Assembly: GCF_027921745.1 (NCBI RefSeq)
Contig: NC_079240.1
Coordinates: 1,054,001-1,118,000, forward strand
Direction of reading: 5' to 3'
Origin: Schizosaccharomyces osmophilus
Taxonomy: Eukaryota
DNA length: 64,000 nucleotides
Part shown: piece after piece, positions 47,099 through 59,369 of the stretch
Layout: each line of letters starts with the position of its first letter
How positions within the stretch are numbered: the stretch's first letter is position 1
The notes under the pieces: generated by a model
Seen by the model: only the letters and a program-made list of their open reading frames with translations
Database searches by the model: none
What the model was told of the DNA's origin: nothing
Program-made: the position numbers and the translations under genes

Positions 47099-48739
47099 AT
47101 GCAAAGTGAAGAAGAGCCCATTTTAGGGCCAAATGTAAAACAACCTACGAATAGAAGAAGATCGAGCATTGTTTATGGGTTGTCTCGTCCACAATTTGTC
47201 GGTTCTGATGCAAAGAGTGCACCCTCTTCTTTACAGGATTTTATTGAATCACGTCAAAGAGCTTCGAGGCGAGCTCAAGCTTCTACAACAGCACCCAATT
47301 ATGGTTCTCTAGAAGAAGCAGGGCGGGAGTCTAGCTCCTCTGCTTCGGCGTCAAGTGAAGAAATTGATAATGTCCAGGATAGCACTTGGCAAAAAGAATT
47401 ACGTTTACTGGTTAGCTTTGGTATACCAGTCGTTTTAACTTCGTTACTGCAATATGGGGAAGTAATCATAACGGTCTTTTCACTAGGACATCTAGGTAAA
47501 ACGGAATTATCAGCTGCTAGTCTTTCAAATATGACTGCTACTATTACAGCTTTTGCCATTTATCAAGGTATCGTTTCCGCTCTTGATACTCTTGGCACCC
47601 AATGCTTTGGATCAGGAAACTATGAGTTAATAGGTCTCCATTTACAAAGAATTCTTTCAGTTTTATGTTTGCTTCAATTACCAATAATTTTTGTCTGGTG
47701 GAATATAGAACCGATTCTCCTTTTCTTTAAGCAGGATCCTACCACTTGCTATCTAGCGGGTAGATACATGAGGGTCTTGTTGCTTGCCAGTCCTGCTTAC
47801 GCACTATTTGAGTCCTTAAAACGGTTTTTACAAGTACAAGGTATTTTTCAACCAGTTACCAACATTTTAGCCTTTATTGTTCCTCTCAACATTCTTTTAA
47901 ATTATCTGTTTGTATGGAGCCCTTGGTTCGGGTTCGGATTCATGGGCGCCCCCGTTGCTGTTACAATTACGCTTTGGATGGCTTGCGCAATTCTTCTATG
48001 GTATATTGTAAATATCAATGGACGCCAGGCTTGGGGAGGCTTTAGTAAAGAGGCTTTAAGAAATTGGGGTCCATTATGCAGGCTTGCTGTTCCTGGCGTT
48101 GTTATGATATGTAGCGAATATTGGGCTTTTGAGTTATTGACATTCGTTGCGGGCGTTTTGGGTACTACAGATCTCGCTTCTATGTCAGTCTTATCTACGA
48201 CTTCTTCTATTTCATACACTATTGCCTTTGGTGTAGCTGCAGCTGCTGCTACACGAGTAGGAAACCTGATTGGCGCTGGAAATACAAAGCTTGCTAAACT
48301 TTCGACTTATGTCGCTGTATCCGTAGCAGCGTTGATTGGGCTTTGCATAACTTCCCTGATGGTAATATTTAGGAATCATTGGGCCTACCTGTTCACTTCC
48401 GACAAAGATGTGGTACAGTTGGTTGCTAAACTCGTTCCTCTTTGTGCATTAATGAACATTGCCGATAACACCCAGTGCGTAGCTGGAGGTGTTCTTCGTG
48501 GTCAGGGACGTCAGCGTATTGGAGGCATCGTTAACTTCGTCGCCTACTATATTCTAGCTTTGCCCATAGCTATCATTTTATGCTTTTACCTTGATTGGGG
48601 TCTGTTTGGCTTGTGGGTTGGAATAACTGTCGCGGTTTTTGTTATAGCTGCCGTTGAAACGCATTGCGCTCTTCATGTCAACTGGGAACATTTGGTTGAA
48701 GTTGCTGAACAACAGATTGATGAAGCTCTTAATGTTTGA
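47099..48739 (+). CDS. MATE-family multidrug/toxin efflux transporter
   Basis: Multi-TM pattern; LGHLGKTELSAASL, ALDTLGTQCFG, CSEYWAFE, TRVGNLIGAG, GGVLRGQGRQ. Confidence 0.94.
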   Translation: MQSEEEPILGPNVKQPTNRRRSSIVYGLSRPQFVGSDAKSAPSSLQDFIESRQRASRRAQASTTAPNYGSLEEAGRESSSSASASSEEIDNVQDSTWQKELRLLVSFGIPVVLTSLLQYGEVIITVFSLGHLGKTELSAASLSNMTATITAFAIYQGIVSALDTLGTQCFGSGNYELIGLHLQRILSVLCLLQLPIIFVWWNIEPILLFFKQDPTTCYLAGRYMRVLLLASPAYALFESLKRFLQVQGIFQPVTNILAFIVPLNILLNYLFVWSPWFGFGFMGAPVAVTITLWMACAILLWYIVNINGRQAWGGFSKEALRNWGPLCRLAVPGVVMICSEYWAFELLTFVAGVLGTTDLASMSVLSTTSSISYTIAFGVAAAAATRVGNLIGAGNTKLAKLSTYVAVSVAALIGLCITSLMVIFRNHWAYLFTSDKDVVQLVAKLVPLCALMNIADNTQCVAGGVLRGQGRQRIGGIVNFVAYYILALPIAIILCFYLDWGLFGLWVGITVAVFVIAAVETHCALHVNWEHLVEVAEQQIDEALNV

Positions 48740-49027
48740 TTTTGATAGCTCTTTATTAATTTTTTTTAAAAAGAGTGAAATTTTGTTATTTTTTGAACGA
48801 GCCAACTAGAAAAAAAAAGCAGTGTTTTAGACTCAGAACTTTCTGTGATCAGTGAAATTTCTCAAGAAATTCTAACTTACAGGTTTACCCTTACGCATTT
48901 TAGCTGCTAAAAGCTGCGTATTTCGTATGCGGTAGTTTCATGTATTTGAGGCCTGAACCGCCTTCTCCCAACCAACCCCAATTTTGAATAAAAACTCAAG
49001 GACCCTCAAAATTACAATATTTTGTAA

Positions 49028-49900
49028 ATGTCTTTGGTATCTTATGATAGTTCGGATTCTGATGAAGAATATGAAAAGAAAACTGGTACAAGATCGACGT
49101 CTAATGAAAACTTGTTTCAGCATGCGAGAAAAATCCCTAAAGGAATGGGAAATCATGAGAAAATAGAAAGCAACTCACCTTTAAATATGGACAATAAGAT
49201 TCATCACAATGTTGATTTGAAAGAAGATGATGCAGACCGGCATAAGAGCTCACCATCAAAACACTTGAATGGACCTGTAATGCTTAACCAACTTTTGCCT
49301 GCTCCTCATCATGGGAAAAATATTCTGCCAAAAAAATCAAAGCGTTCAGACATAGAGGCTGAGACTGTACGTGGCAATACAAAACCAAACGATGATGAGA
49401 GTTCACCATTCGCCGATGTACCTAATGATATAGAAAATGCCAGTACCGGCTTCATTTCGCTTTTTAATGTGTCAACCCCTTATAGGCATGCGCATGAAGG
49501 ATCTACAGCAAACGAGCCATGTTATGAACCCGTATTTGTGAAACCTCAACGAAAGAAACAGCGTATTAATACAGAATCTCTGAAAGACTCAAACGAGAAT
49601 TCGTCACTGCAATTTAGCAAACCACAAGATACCGAAAAAGCGCCATCACCTGAAGCGGATATTATTGAAGGAAGACGGAAAGAAAAGGTTCGGCTTATTG
49701 ACGTTGACATGAATCAATTACCTAAGGTAGATACTCAAGAATACACTTCTGCAACACCATCGATTAAAAGCGTGGCTCCTGGTCGACATCAACTATCATC
49801 CTTGGTTGGAATGGCTGCAAGTCAAAAGGAGAGTTTCGAAGCATATTTTGAACAGCAACGTGCAAACAAAAAGGCTTCGTCAAAAAGTTATGGGTTTTAA
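49028..49900 (+). CDS. cwf20: PRCC-family spliceosome-associated protein Cwf20
   Basis: MSLVSYDSSDSDEE start and PRCC C-terminus GRHQLSSLV..A....E.FE......RANKKASSKSYGF. Confidence 0.88.
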   Translation: MSLVSYDSSDSDEEYEKKTGTRSTSNENLFQHARKIPKGMGNHEKIESNSPLNMDNKIHHNVDLKEDDADRHKSSPSKHLNGPVMLNQLLPAPHHGKNILPKKSKRSDIEAETVRGNTKPNDDESSPFADVPNDIENASTGFISLFNVSTPYRHAHEGSTANEPCYEPVFVKPQRKKQRINTESLKDSNENSSLQFSKPQDTEKAPSPEADIIEGRRKEKVRLIDVDMNQLPKVDTQEYTSATPSIKSVAPGRHQLSSLVGMAASQKESFEAYFEQQRANKKASSKSYGF

Positions 49901-50496
49901 TGATTAAATTATTTTTGATGTTAAGGAACAATATTATGAAAAGAGTGCTAGCGCATTAGATTTTTTTTCAAATGAACCTTTTATGGTAAGCATGGGCGCA
50001 AAGGACTGAGTGCTTCAAGTTTTATCTCGACACTCGTTAGAAATATAATATTTAAAAACATTCTTTCAAGTTGTAGATTCATCAATTAGATTTTAGTAAT
50101 CTCTATGCTCTTACATCAAAAATGGAACCTAATTCCAGTTTGTTCATAGTAACTTACCTTTTATTTTAACAAATATCTTGTTACTATTTTATTCCACTTT
50201 GTTTTCATTGCAATCGTGTTCTCTCGGGGTTTCCCTCGATGACTTACTTCTTCAGACACCAAGTACCCCTTGAAATACCAATTAATTCATGAAAACTCCT
50301 ATATAATAAAGGCATAGGACTTACCATTTATATTGTATTATTTTGAACAAGTATTATTAATTATTTTCTATTTATACCCACTAATCAGTACTTTTGACGC
50401 TCACGCTCGTTTATTATTATTTTGGTAACGAATTTGGACCTAATATTTTGTTTAGTTTTAGAAAAAGTATTTCGAAGAATTCTTTATGAATACAGG

Positions 50497-53151
50497 ATGG
50501 AAGAAAATAAAAGGAAAGACATATTTACTGGAGAGCAATCATTCTCTCAGTTGAGTTCTGAATTGGATACTCAGGGTACCCCAGTGGGCGAGAAAACACC
50601 GTTGTTTTTTGAAGGACCTAGCTTAGATGTTTCTCCTAATGATGCATCGAGATTTTTGTCTAATGAGAGCGGTGATGTTTCCTTTGGTAACATGTCAGAG
50701 CTTAATGTTGCTACCGACCTTTTAGAATCTTTAGATTTAAGGAGTATGTACATGCAGGGTTATGGTCACAACAATGCTTTATATAATTCATCCCAAAGTC
50801 CCACAAGAAAGTCTGGTGGCTTCTCTATGGGACGACGTACAAATCCATCTAATGAAGAGCGAATTCCTAGTTTAACTTACACTACCGGAAGCTCAAATGT
50901 CTCTTCACGACCTTCAATGTTTAAAGAGGACGGTGTATCCGATATTCAGGATGATCAATCAGCAGAGATTTCTCAAAGGATCGTTTATTCCGAAGGCGAT
51001 GCTTCGCGAGATGATTCTTTAGATAAATCCGATTTTATTTCATCTGCATCTTCACCCAAGAGTACACCAGTTGGCTCTTTGTCAAGACCAGATGATTATT
51101 CTAATAAAGCAGAAGCAAACGGTAGGTTACCTCGTCCAGCTTCTAGTATTGGTAAGCCTCTGCCACCCCTTCCCTTTTCTCCGGAGAGGGTTTCTCGAGC
51201 TCTACCACATACGCCGCAATTGCTCTCTTCGAAGGTTAATTACGAAATGCCATCCGATGATTCTTTAAAGAACGAAACTGTAGACTATCATCCGCAACAT
51301 CCCCTTGCACCCATTCAAGAAGCACCAGTGGAAGATACCACTGAACAAGTTTCGGCGTCTGTTTTTGAAGATGATGCCAATAAGTCATTAGTTTCTTCTG
51401 ACAGTCTTCGTAAGAAAGTACAAGCCAAACTAGAAGCTAAGCGTGCTTCTGATGGAAGTTTCTACCTAAGCTCATCTCAAGACAATGACGAATTTTCGAA
51501 AGAATCGATGAGCAATGAACAAATTCCCAACATTTTAGAAGACTATGTGGATAACAATGAAAAAATAATTACGAATGATTATTGTCAATCTCCTTCGAAG
51601 CGTGGTTCAGTTACTTATAAAGAGGTTCCTCGATATTCGCTCGCTGCTGCGAAGATTAAATTTAGTGTAGCTAGTCAACGAGGTCGCATCAAAAGCAGCT
51701 CCTCCATTGATAATTTAAGTGCTATACTGGATTCAGATGAACTTCACCACAAGCCAATAACTCCTATTCCTGGCTCGAAACGTACTTTTAGCAATATTAC
51801 CGCAAATGATATCGCAGGTCAATCAGATTTTGCTCCGACCAGTCCGCAATCCGAGAGAGAAGGAGCATGGAACGTTTCAGAAACGGGAACTGTCGCTTAT
51901 TACGAGCCAACTTTTGATGTGTCAGACAAAATCGATGAAGTTAGGCAATCTACACCCGTTTCAGATGAAGAGGCAATTAATCGGTCTAAATCCTTGGAAA
52001 TTGATCGCTCAAAATCCAACCGCATAAATAAGCCTAAAGTCGGATCTGCAGCTGTTGGAGTTGAGAACGTTACTCCACGACCATCAACTTCGCTGGGTTT
52101 TGTCAAACGAGATATTTTTGAAGATAAGCCTAAATCTTTACCAAAAAGCGGCCGCTTCTTTATTCATTTAAATTATTTTCGACACGTTTCCTCGCCTTTT
52201 GTTGGCGATCAGCCGGGTATGAGAATAAGCGTAGTTACGCCTTCTCAAAGTGTTCAACTTCCATGGCAAGTGAACAAAGGTAATGATATATTGGACCATG
52301 ATTTCACCTTTCCCGCTGATGATAAATTTACCGTCAATTTCATGTTTTTTGATATGCCGCACCGTAATACTCGAGAAAAGGAACAAGCAAATTCCGCAAA
52401 GAATGACTCAGAAGCTGTTAATGTGGAGAGCAAATCGAAAACAAAAAGACTTTTTGAACGTCTTTTCAATCGACGCAAAAAAAGAAAACTATCGAAATTT
52501 AGTTCTTTAAATGGGGGTAAGCAAAAACCTGACTACTTGGCCAGAGTATCAGGAATGGCAACTCTGACATTGTCTCGTGTTAAGAATAAATGCTCTGGTA
52601 AAGTTTTAGTTACTGAAATTCCCATTAGATTACAGGCCATATCTGGTAAATCCGATCTAAAGCTGAACGATGTTATAGGAAACCTTTCATTGAGTTGTCT
52701 GTATATTCCGGAGCTTGCCATTCCAGAATCTGAAATGCCTATAACATTAAGTCAAGCTAATCAAGATCTTCGACATGTTCGTCAGAGCTATATATACAAA
52801 GAAGGTCATGTGTATATACTGGAGGGTACGTCTGTTCGTAGACGATATGCAGTTCTGTCTTCCAAAAAGATTAGTTTATATACGGACAAAGGTGGTGATT
52901 TTCTTTTAGGCTTGAAAGCTGTTGGAGATGCAAGGATTTTATCTATAGCGGATTGTGACAAAGAAGTATTAAATCTAGGAATTACTATGGGAATCCTACT
53001 TACTACCGATAAAGGGGTTCGCGTGAAGTTTTACTCAGAATCTGAGAAGGAGTGTACAAAATGGTTTGAGGTACTTAATACACATTCATTGGTATTAGAA
53101 AGAGGAATTCAGACACCCTGGCTTCAAGAGTTTGTTAAGCTTATTCAATAA
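50497..53151 (+). CDS. mid1: Anillin-like medial ring protein Mid1
   Basis: LNVATDLLESLDLRSMY, Ser-rich N-terminal half, amphipathic/NLS RLFERLFNRRKKRK, C2 and C-terminal PH regions; ATG at 50497. Confidence 0.92.
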   Translation: MEENKRKDIFTGEQSFSQLSSELDTQGTPVGEKTPLFFEGPSLDVSPNDASRFLSNESGDVSFGNMSELNVATDLLESLDLRSMYMQGYGHNNALYNSSQSPTRKSGGFSMGRRTNPSNEERIPSLTYTTGSSNVSSRPSMFKEDGVSDIQDDQSAEISQRIVYSEGDASRDDSLDKSDFISSASSPKSTPVGSLSRPDDYSNKAEANGRLPRPASSIGKPLPPLPFSPERVSRALPHTPQLLSSKVNYEMPSDDSLKNETVDYHPQHPLAPIQEAPVEDTTEQVSASVFEDDANKSLVSSDSLRKKVQAKLEAKRASDGSFYLSSSQDNDEFSKESMSNEQIPNILEDYVDNNEKIITNDYCQSPSKRGSVTYKEVPRYSLAAAKIKFSVASQRGRIKSSSSIDNLSAILDSDELHHKPITPIPGSKRTFSNITANDIAGQSDFAPTSPQSEREGAWNVSETGTVAYYEPTFDVSDKIDEVRQSTPVSDEEAINRSKSLEIDRSKSNRINKPKVGSAAVGVENVTPRPSTSLGFVKRDIFEDKPKSLPKSGRFFIHLNYFRHVSSPFVGDQPGMRISVVTPSQSVQLPWQVNKGNDILDHDFTFPADDKFTVNFMFFDMPHRNTREKEQANSAKNDSEAVNVESKSKTKRLFERLFNRRKKRKLSKFSSLNGGKQKPDYLARVSGMATLTLSRVKNKCSGKVLVTEIPIRLQAISGKSDLKLNDVIGNLSLSCLYIPELAIPESEMPITLSQANQDLRHVRQSYIYKEGHVYILEGTSVRRRYAVLSSKKISLYTDKGGDFLLGLKAVGDARILSIADCDKEVLNLGITMGILLTTDKGVRVKFYSESEKECTKWFEVLNTHSLVLERGIQTPWLQEFVKLIQ

Positions 53152-53395
53152 TTTTGGACTTTTTGATTTTGGATCAGTATGACAAGTTGGCGGTATATTT
53201 TGTTAATTGTAATTTGAATAAATTTTAATTATTAAGATAATTACTCGAATTTCTATGTTTGTTGTAGTACAGTATACTGAAATAGGTAGCTTATTGCAAC
53301 TGTACACAGCGAAGACTTTTGTGTTGTGATCACAAGCATAAGCGCATCCAACTCTAGCTCAGACTTAACAAAAGAGAAAGCTCGTAATAAGGATT

Positions 53396-54163
53396 ATGGA
53401 TCCGAAAATAGAACAATATAGTTACGGTTTTTGGAAAATAAAAACCCAAAAAGGTGCTATTTTGAAATCGTATGAGGCTGATAATATGCAGACGAATTTA
53501 GGATTTGCGCCTCCTGAGATGACATTTGGAAAGAACTTCATTACAATTTATTATAAAGATAGCCCAATTTACGGGTTTTTTACCAAGGATGCTCTAGAAA
53601 TGGTCGGTAAAGGATCTGGTGAATTAATGCAAGTTTCATTCGCAGAAGAGTGGATAAAATCAAGAACCAAAACCGGAGAGAGCTTTCCTGTTGTCTCTCC
53701 TTATGATTGGACTTACTACACCGAATACCAAGGTACAGTTTTAGATCAAAACCTTCGTTTCAAAGACGTTCAGGACCAAATACCTGCGGTAAAGATTGTA
53801 CAAGCCGGTAGTAACTTGTGGTACACCGAGTTAATATTGTTCGAAGACGAATTAGCTGATAATGGCAAAGCAATGTTTGATGTTCGAGTACGGATAGTGA
53901 AAGGACACTTCATTTTGCTAGCAAGATTGGTAATGCGTTTGGATAATGTAATAGTGCGTGTGAATGAGACAAGGATCTATATCGATTTGAATGGTAATCG
54001 GGTATTAAAAGACTTTCGTAAAAAAGAGTCCAATTATGAGAGCGTCATTAAACGTATACCTCTAGGATCAGATAAAGCAAGACTTTTGGATGATAATAAC
54101 TGGCTTAGTGAAAGTTTACCATTGCTGTACCACAATGTATCAGAGCTTCGGGGTGTACTTTAA
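53396..54163 (+). CDS. tip41: TIP41-like PP2A regulator
   Basis: PPEMTFGKN, PYDWTYYTEYQGT, LFEDELADNG, RLDNVIVRVNETR. Confidence 0.95.
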   Translation: MDPKIEQYSYGFWKIKTQKGAILKSYEADNMQTNLGFAPPEMTFGKNFITIYYKDSPIYGFFTKDALEMVGKGSGELMQVSFAEEWIKSRTKTGESFPVVSPYDWTYYTEYQGTVLDQNLRFKDVQDQIPAVKIVQAGSNLWYTELILFEDELADNGKAMFDVRVRIVKGHFILLARLVMRLDNVIVRVNETRIYIDLNGNRVLKDFRKKESNYESVIKRIPLGSDKARLLDDNNWLSESLPLLYHNVSELRGVL

Positions 54164-54758
54164 GTGCAGGTATAAAATGAATTTTGCCCAAGTCATTTGG
54201 CTTACTATTGTCATTCGAGAGTTTCTGATGGTTGGATAAAGTAATATTTTTATACGTGCTCTTTTCGCACGGATGTATAGAGGCCAACAAATGCACTGCT
54301 TTCATGAAATCCATAATGGATAAAGGATGCTTCCCCAGCATTCAATTTCATACTGGATTAAAGTTGAGTGACCTTTAGGTTAATATTTTTTCCTTATATT
54401 TATGTAATATACACTGATTTATTCGTTTGCTAGCTCAAAAGTACACAAAGTAATGATTGTTCTGGGTTTTGATTTCATAGTCATGCAGAAAGCACCTCTT
54501 CTTTATATAAGGCCTATTATATTAAAAGTAAAACAATAAATCACTTATACATAACATCTTGCAAAGTTTAAAAAATGGTTGGAAGCGAATCGAAATGTTT
54601 CATCCTGAGCTTGCATTAACCAACACTTATACCTTAGAGATTTTCTGTTCACCTTTTCAACAAGAGGTTAATATTTAAGCTATTAAAATCATACCCTGAT
54701 ATAGTATAAAAAACATAAACCCTGAAATTTTGATTCAGAGGTGGGAACCGAGGAAACC

Positions 54759-55601
54759 ATGTTGAAAAGTTGTAGACAATTACTGGGCTCCGATGCCAGA
54801 TCGAACTTGTACAGAAATCAGAACAATTGGCTTTTGCCGATAAGAAGTTTACATAGTACTTCTGTTCTATCCAAGGAGACCGTACAAAAGGCAAATCTAA
54901 ACTCTCAGAATGACTCTAAGTTCAAACCATTAACTCCCCCCAAAGACCCAAGAAATATTGCTCCCCCTAATAGTTTTTTAACTAAAGCAAGTCTCTTGTT
55001 TCAAAAAATCATCTCGCCAAAACAGAATATGTTTTTCGAGGCTACCAGTACTGCGAGATATATGTATTATGAGGCTTCACGCCAAGCAACACCAGAAAGG
55101 GATTCTCAAGATGCATTCCAGTTTTGGTTTCGCAGATGTGAAGTACCAATGACATTTCAGTCTTGGTTTCAAATTACACAATTACATCTGTGGATTCTTC
55201 AAACACGTATCCGTGGTCTCCAGCCACAGGAAAAGCAGGCCCTTTCACAAGCTCTAGTAACTCGGTTTTTTGAAGATATGGAATTTCGCATTCATAAAGA
55301 TTATAGGATTAATAGCGATCGCATAACCGGAATGTATTTGAAGGATCTGTTTCAACAGCAAACAGGCGCCATTTTTGGATACGATCAATCGATGTTAGGT
55401 AACGATGCTGTCTTAGCTACCGCAATTTGGAGAAACCTGTTTGCTGGAAGCCAAAACGTTGACTTATCTATTCTAGCTGAAATTGTCGCTTTTGTGCGTT
55501 TGAATGTTTTCGAACTATCAAATACTTCAAATGAAGAATTTATGACTAGAAGAGATGCCTTATTCATTCCACCCGGTCAGCAGATTGAGAAGGTTTATTA
55601 A
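54759..55601 (+). CDS. cbp3: Cytochrome bc1 assembly chaperone Cbp3
   Basis: [41 protein letters not shown]; presequence; ATG at 54759. Confidence 0.94.
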   Translation: MLKSCRQLLGSDARSNLYRNQNNWLLPIRSLHSTSVLSKETVQKANLNSQNDSKFKPLTPPKDPRNIAPPNSFLTKASLLFQKIISPKQNMFFEATSTARYMYYEASRQATPERDSQDAFQFWFRRCEVPMTFQSWFQITQLHLWILQTRIRGLQPQEKQALSQALVTRFFEDMEFRIHKDYRINSDRITGMYLKDLFQQQTGAIFGYDQSMLGNDAVLATAIWRNLFAGSQNVDLSILAEIVAFVRLNVFELSNTSNEEFMTRRDALFIPPGQQIEKVY

Positions 55602-55868
55602 TGGACTTATAATACAAAAGACCCGTTGAATTAATATGAAAAGTCAGAATTTTAGTTAGCCATTGCTGGCTTTAATAGCCCAGTATTAAAATATTAATTC
55701 TATTACATTTTGAAGACTCATTTGTAAGTATAGGATGTAGTATATACTATAATCAAAGTTTACAAAAATCGTGGGCAAGATAAGCTCTAGTGGCTTTATT
55801 AACAGTAAGATCTCCTCAGTGAAATACAAGAATCCTTTAGCAAAATTAATTGAATTAATAGAAACTGT

Positions 55869-56203
55869 TTATTCTTTTTCAATTTGCCCTTGAAAAGCTT
55901 TCTGCTTCTCTCCTTCTTGATGGCTGCGTAATCTCCACTCGGATGTTTGGTCTATTCTGTATTTTACTATGTTAGATTCAATATTGTATTTCTATATGTA
56001 TATATTATATTATAAACATACGTTTTTTGAAGGCAACCGTTCATTACACGACTTTGTTGGCGACATTTCCAAAGCACACTGACAGTTCGACCTGTAGCGC
56101 ATTGAACAAAGTCTTCAATTTCCTTTTGGCAGTTCTTTTTCACCTCCTTTTGATATATAGATCGTATCTCAAATTCTTCTTCAATAGCTGACTTATTACC
56201 CAT
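55869..56203 (-). CDS. cmc1: Twin CX9C cytochrome c oxidase assembly protein Cmc1-like (intron 56021 to probable acceptor 55957)
   Basis: [34 protein letters not shown]; intron GTATGT..CTAAC..CAG gives [14 protein letters not shown]. Confidence 0.85.
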
Positions 56204-56552
56204 AATCAATGACCTTTACGAACACTATAGGCAAACTTGGTGAATAGTTATACAATGAGAGAAACGATTGTAGCAATAAAAGATGAATGATTAGCCTTAT
56301 GTAAGGAAACGCGTAAAAATAGCAATTTAGCTAGATTCTCGAGGTCTCAAGTAGATATTGTATGCTGACAGTAAGTTGTGAAAAGGGTGTGCGTTCCATT
56401 GAACTTTGTGTCGACTGGCAAACATATCCAAAGACATAAAAGGTTAGAAAGTCCGTACTTATCGGGTATATTCTACTATTACATAAAAAAAATTGCATTT
56501 ATTTCATAAAATAAAAGGGCAAAAAACGGTGAGTCAGTACATTAATAACAGT

Positions 56553-57485
56553 ATGGAAAATGAAGACGCGATGCGATTTTTTATTGAGAATCCGGCCCCT
56601 CCTACTTTAAGCGATGTGGAAAATAAGGTGAACAAGTTCATTGATTTGCAGCCTGAAAATAGGAACGTCGTCTTAGTCACTAGCGGTGGAACTTTGGTTC
56701 CTATGGAAAAAAACATGGTTCGCTACATAGACAATTTTAGTGCAGGAAGCAGGGGAGCTGCATCTGCTGAGTACTTCTGTAAAGCAGGATATGCTGTTAT
56801 TTTCCTCTATAGGAACTTTAGTATGATGCCTTTCGTTAGGCACTTTGAAGGGCCATGGACGAACCTCTTCGCTAAAAAGGATGATGAATCCCCTTTATCT
56901 TGGGAAATTAAAGATTCCCTTAGAAATATGTTAAGTAATTCGCTTGAAGACTTGGAACTTATGAAGGAGCAGAATCAGTTGCTTTGTTTACCATATACAA
57001 TGCTTACTGAATATTTATGGTATTTGAAAACCGTAGCGGAAGGATTAAAATGTTTGAGATCGAGAGCTTTGTTTTACCTGGCAGCTGCTGTTAGTGATTT
57101 TCATATACCTGCGCAGGACATGAGTGAGCACAAAATTCAAAGTGGAGCCGGAAAAGATAAACTTGAACTTACTATGCGCCCCGTCCCGAAATTTCTTCGT
57201 TATCTGGTTGATTCTTGGGCGCCGGAGGCATTGATTATTTCGTTTAAACTGGAGACTGATGAGAATATTTTGATTCATAAGGCTAGGGCTGCTTTACATC
57301 GTTATAATCATCAGCTAGTCATTGCCAATTTGTTAACGACTCGAAAGAGGTCAGTTGCGTTTGTCATCCACGATTCTGTTATGTGGTTGCACCTTTCTGA
57401 AGATGATTTAAGGAATGGTGTCGAAATTGAATATTATATAGTTTCTCAGTGTGTTAAATTACATAAAGAAAAAAATCTAACATGA
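56553..57485 (+). CDS. ppc1: Phosphopantothenate--cysteine ligase
   Basis: [11 protein letters not shown]...[46 protein letters not shown] at 56553. Confidence 0.95.
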   Translation: MENEDAMRFFIENPAPPTLSDVENKVNKFIDLQPENRNVVLVTSGGTLVPMEKNMVRYIDNFSAGSRGAASAEYFCKAGYAVIFLYRNFSMMPFVRHFEGPWTNLFAKKDDESPLSWEIKDSLRNMLSNSLEDLELMKEQNQLLCLPYTMLTEYLWYLKTVAEGLKCLRSRALFYLAAAVSDFHIPAQDMSEHKIQSGAGKDKLELTMRPVPKFLRYLVDSWAPEALIISFKLETDENILIHKARAALHRYNHQLVIANLLTTRKRSVAFVIHDSVMWLHLSEDDLRNGVEIEYYIVSQCVKLHKEKNLT

Positions 57486-59369
57486 AAGTTTGTTCTAATG
57501 TGTGTATACTATTTTACGAACGTACAGCTTCGTGCTCTACTTTGTGAAGTTAATATCGTCGATGCAATTAACGACAATGAAAACGTATGCTTATATTGAG
57601 TAAAGGTTACGGTGAAAAACTGCAAGTGGCTATTTAATTACAACCTTTAGAACCATGAATACACCCAATACATTTATTTCATTGAAGTTAATATTCAGAT
57701 ATTGTAATCGGTACGAATGGCAGACTTGCTTAATAAGTTTGAGATAATGGAACTGGTAAATATACAGTTCTCTTCCATGAAGGTATCCTACAAAAGGTTT
57801 TGATTCATTATAATGAGTGAGATTACCGAGTTCCATTTACTTTTGGACGAAGAGAAAGTGGCCCACACTTACATAAATTATGTAGTTTCCAACCGATACA
57901 GGTGAAATATGCAAAGCTAGATATAACTGTATATAGAATATGACTTCTAGTTGACCTTATACTTGCCAACCTATAAAAGCTAAACTTGGGAGGATTTCTT
58001 TGACCTTTACCAATGGTGTTTATCATTGTTCTAATATTAGAGCCTAGACAGGAGTTATGATAATAAACGAATATATTGAAGTGAAGAAAAAGATAAATAC
58101 ACTTCAACTAAATTCATAAGCAAGAAAAAAAGTTCCTAACAATGGGATGGCGAAAGTAAAGCTATAACATTTGAAATGATGAGTTTAATTGATGCACCTT
58201 TAAATATTTGTGACGACTGCCAAGGCCGAGATATTGTATTATAATAATACAAGAGAGTTCGTATAATCTTATTAGAAAAAGAACAATGTTACCTCGTAGA
58301 GGATATAAATATACCAAACTTGAAAAGTACGAATCTTCAGATAGGAAGATTCGACGGATCTGGCCTAATAAAATTAGTGTCGTTTATTAAGCTAATCTAG
58401 TCAGTGGACTCTGAAAATACTTTTAGTTAACTAAGTAGAGCCCAATTTATACTAATACAATTTTTACAACCCTTAAATCATACACTGGTTTTATATATAT
58501 TAGACTGCGTAAAATCCTAGCTGTGACAACGACATGTAAGTTTTTATTTCAGTTATACGTTTAAGCTCAATATAACGGTAAAATAAAAGTAGTAATGTAC
58601 ATTGGCATTGCGTTTGAATTCCTTTAGTGAGGTTTTATTAAGACGACGTCGCTAATTATCAATATCATATTAAAAAAGATATAATGTATACGTTTTGAAT
58701 CTTAATATGTTAAACTATACCATATGAACATACACCGTATTATTAAAGATAATACTACATATTTGTCAGTTTGTAGTTTCTTGTAATATAAACTAACTGC
58801 TACAGGTTTAAAGTGTTTACTTTTAAATATTGCTATTCTATAAGAAATTATCAATCTTCACATCTGGTTTTTACGCTATATGATTATATGACATAGTGTA
58901 TTTTTTGTAGATTGAAAACATTCTTGTAACTTACCTTAAGTGAAAGTAACCCAAATCGAGGGATCTGACTAGCTCAATAAAATGGTAATTTTATTAAGCC
59001 AAGACATTAGAATTTTCCAATCCGAAGATTCCTACTTCATGCGGAGGGTTTTTATAACTTTAGTACAAATAACGCATTGATTTAGTTCTATCTTAGTTTA
59101 AATTTCTGTCGTTTACCTTCTGTAATGCAGGAAGTTTCTGTATATTTATATTTTGATATCTAGACGTTGACAGAACAAATAACTGTATATGATAAATTCA
59201 AAAATTTTGTTGTGCAGGATAGCTAAATTGAAAATTTTAGTATACTACTCGGGATGCACAAATGCCACAGTTCTGGAATTTCTTTTTACAATTTAGACAT
59301 CAATGACACTTGACGCTTTAATCTTAAATTAAAGACTAACTAAGTTATATATAAGTAGTATAAATCTTT

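Noticed and set aside
58140..58400. Mostly open plus-strand frame (QWDGESKAITFEMM..LVSFIKLI) with a double stop
   Set aside because: No recognisable similarity; cannot be told from chance without a search
58760..59100. Possible 5' LTR starting TGTCAG upstream of the retroelement relic
   Set aside because: No second copy or matching terminal inverted repeat could be found by eye
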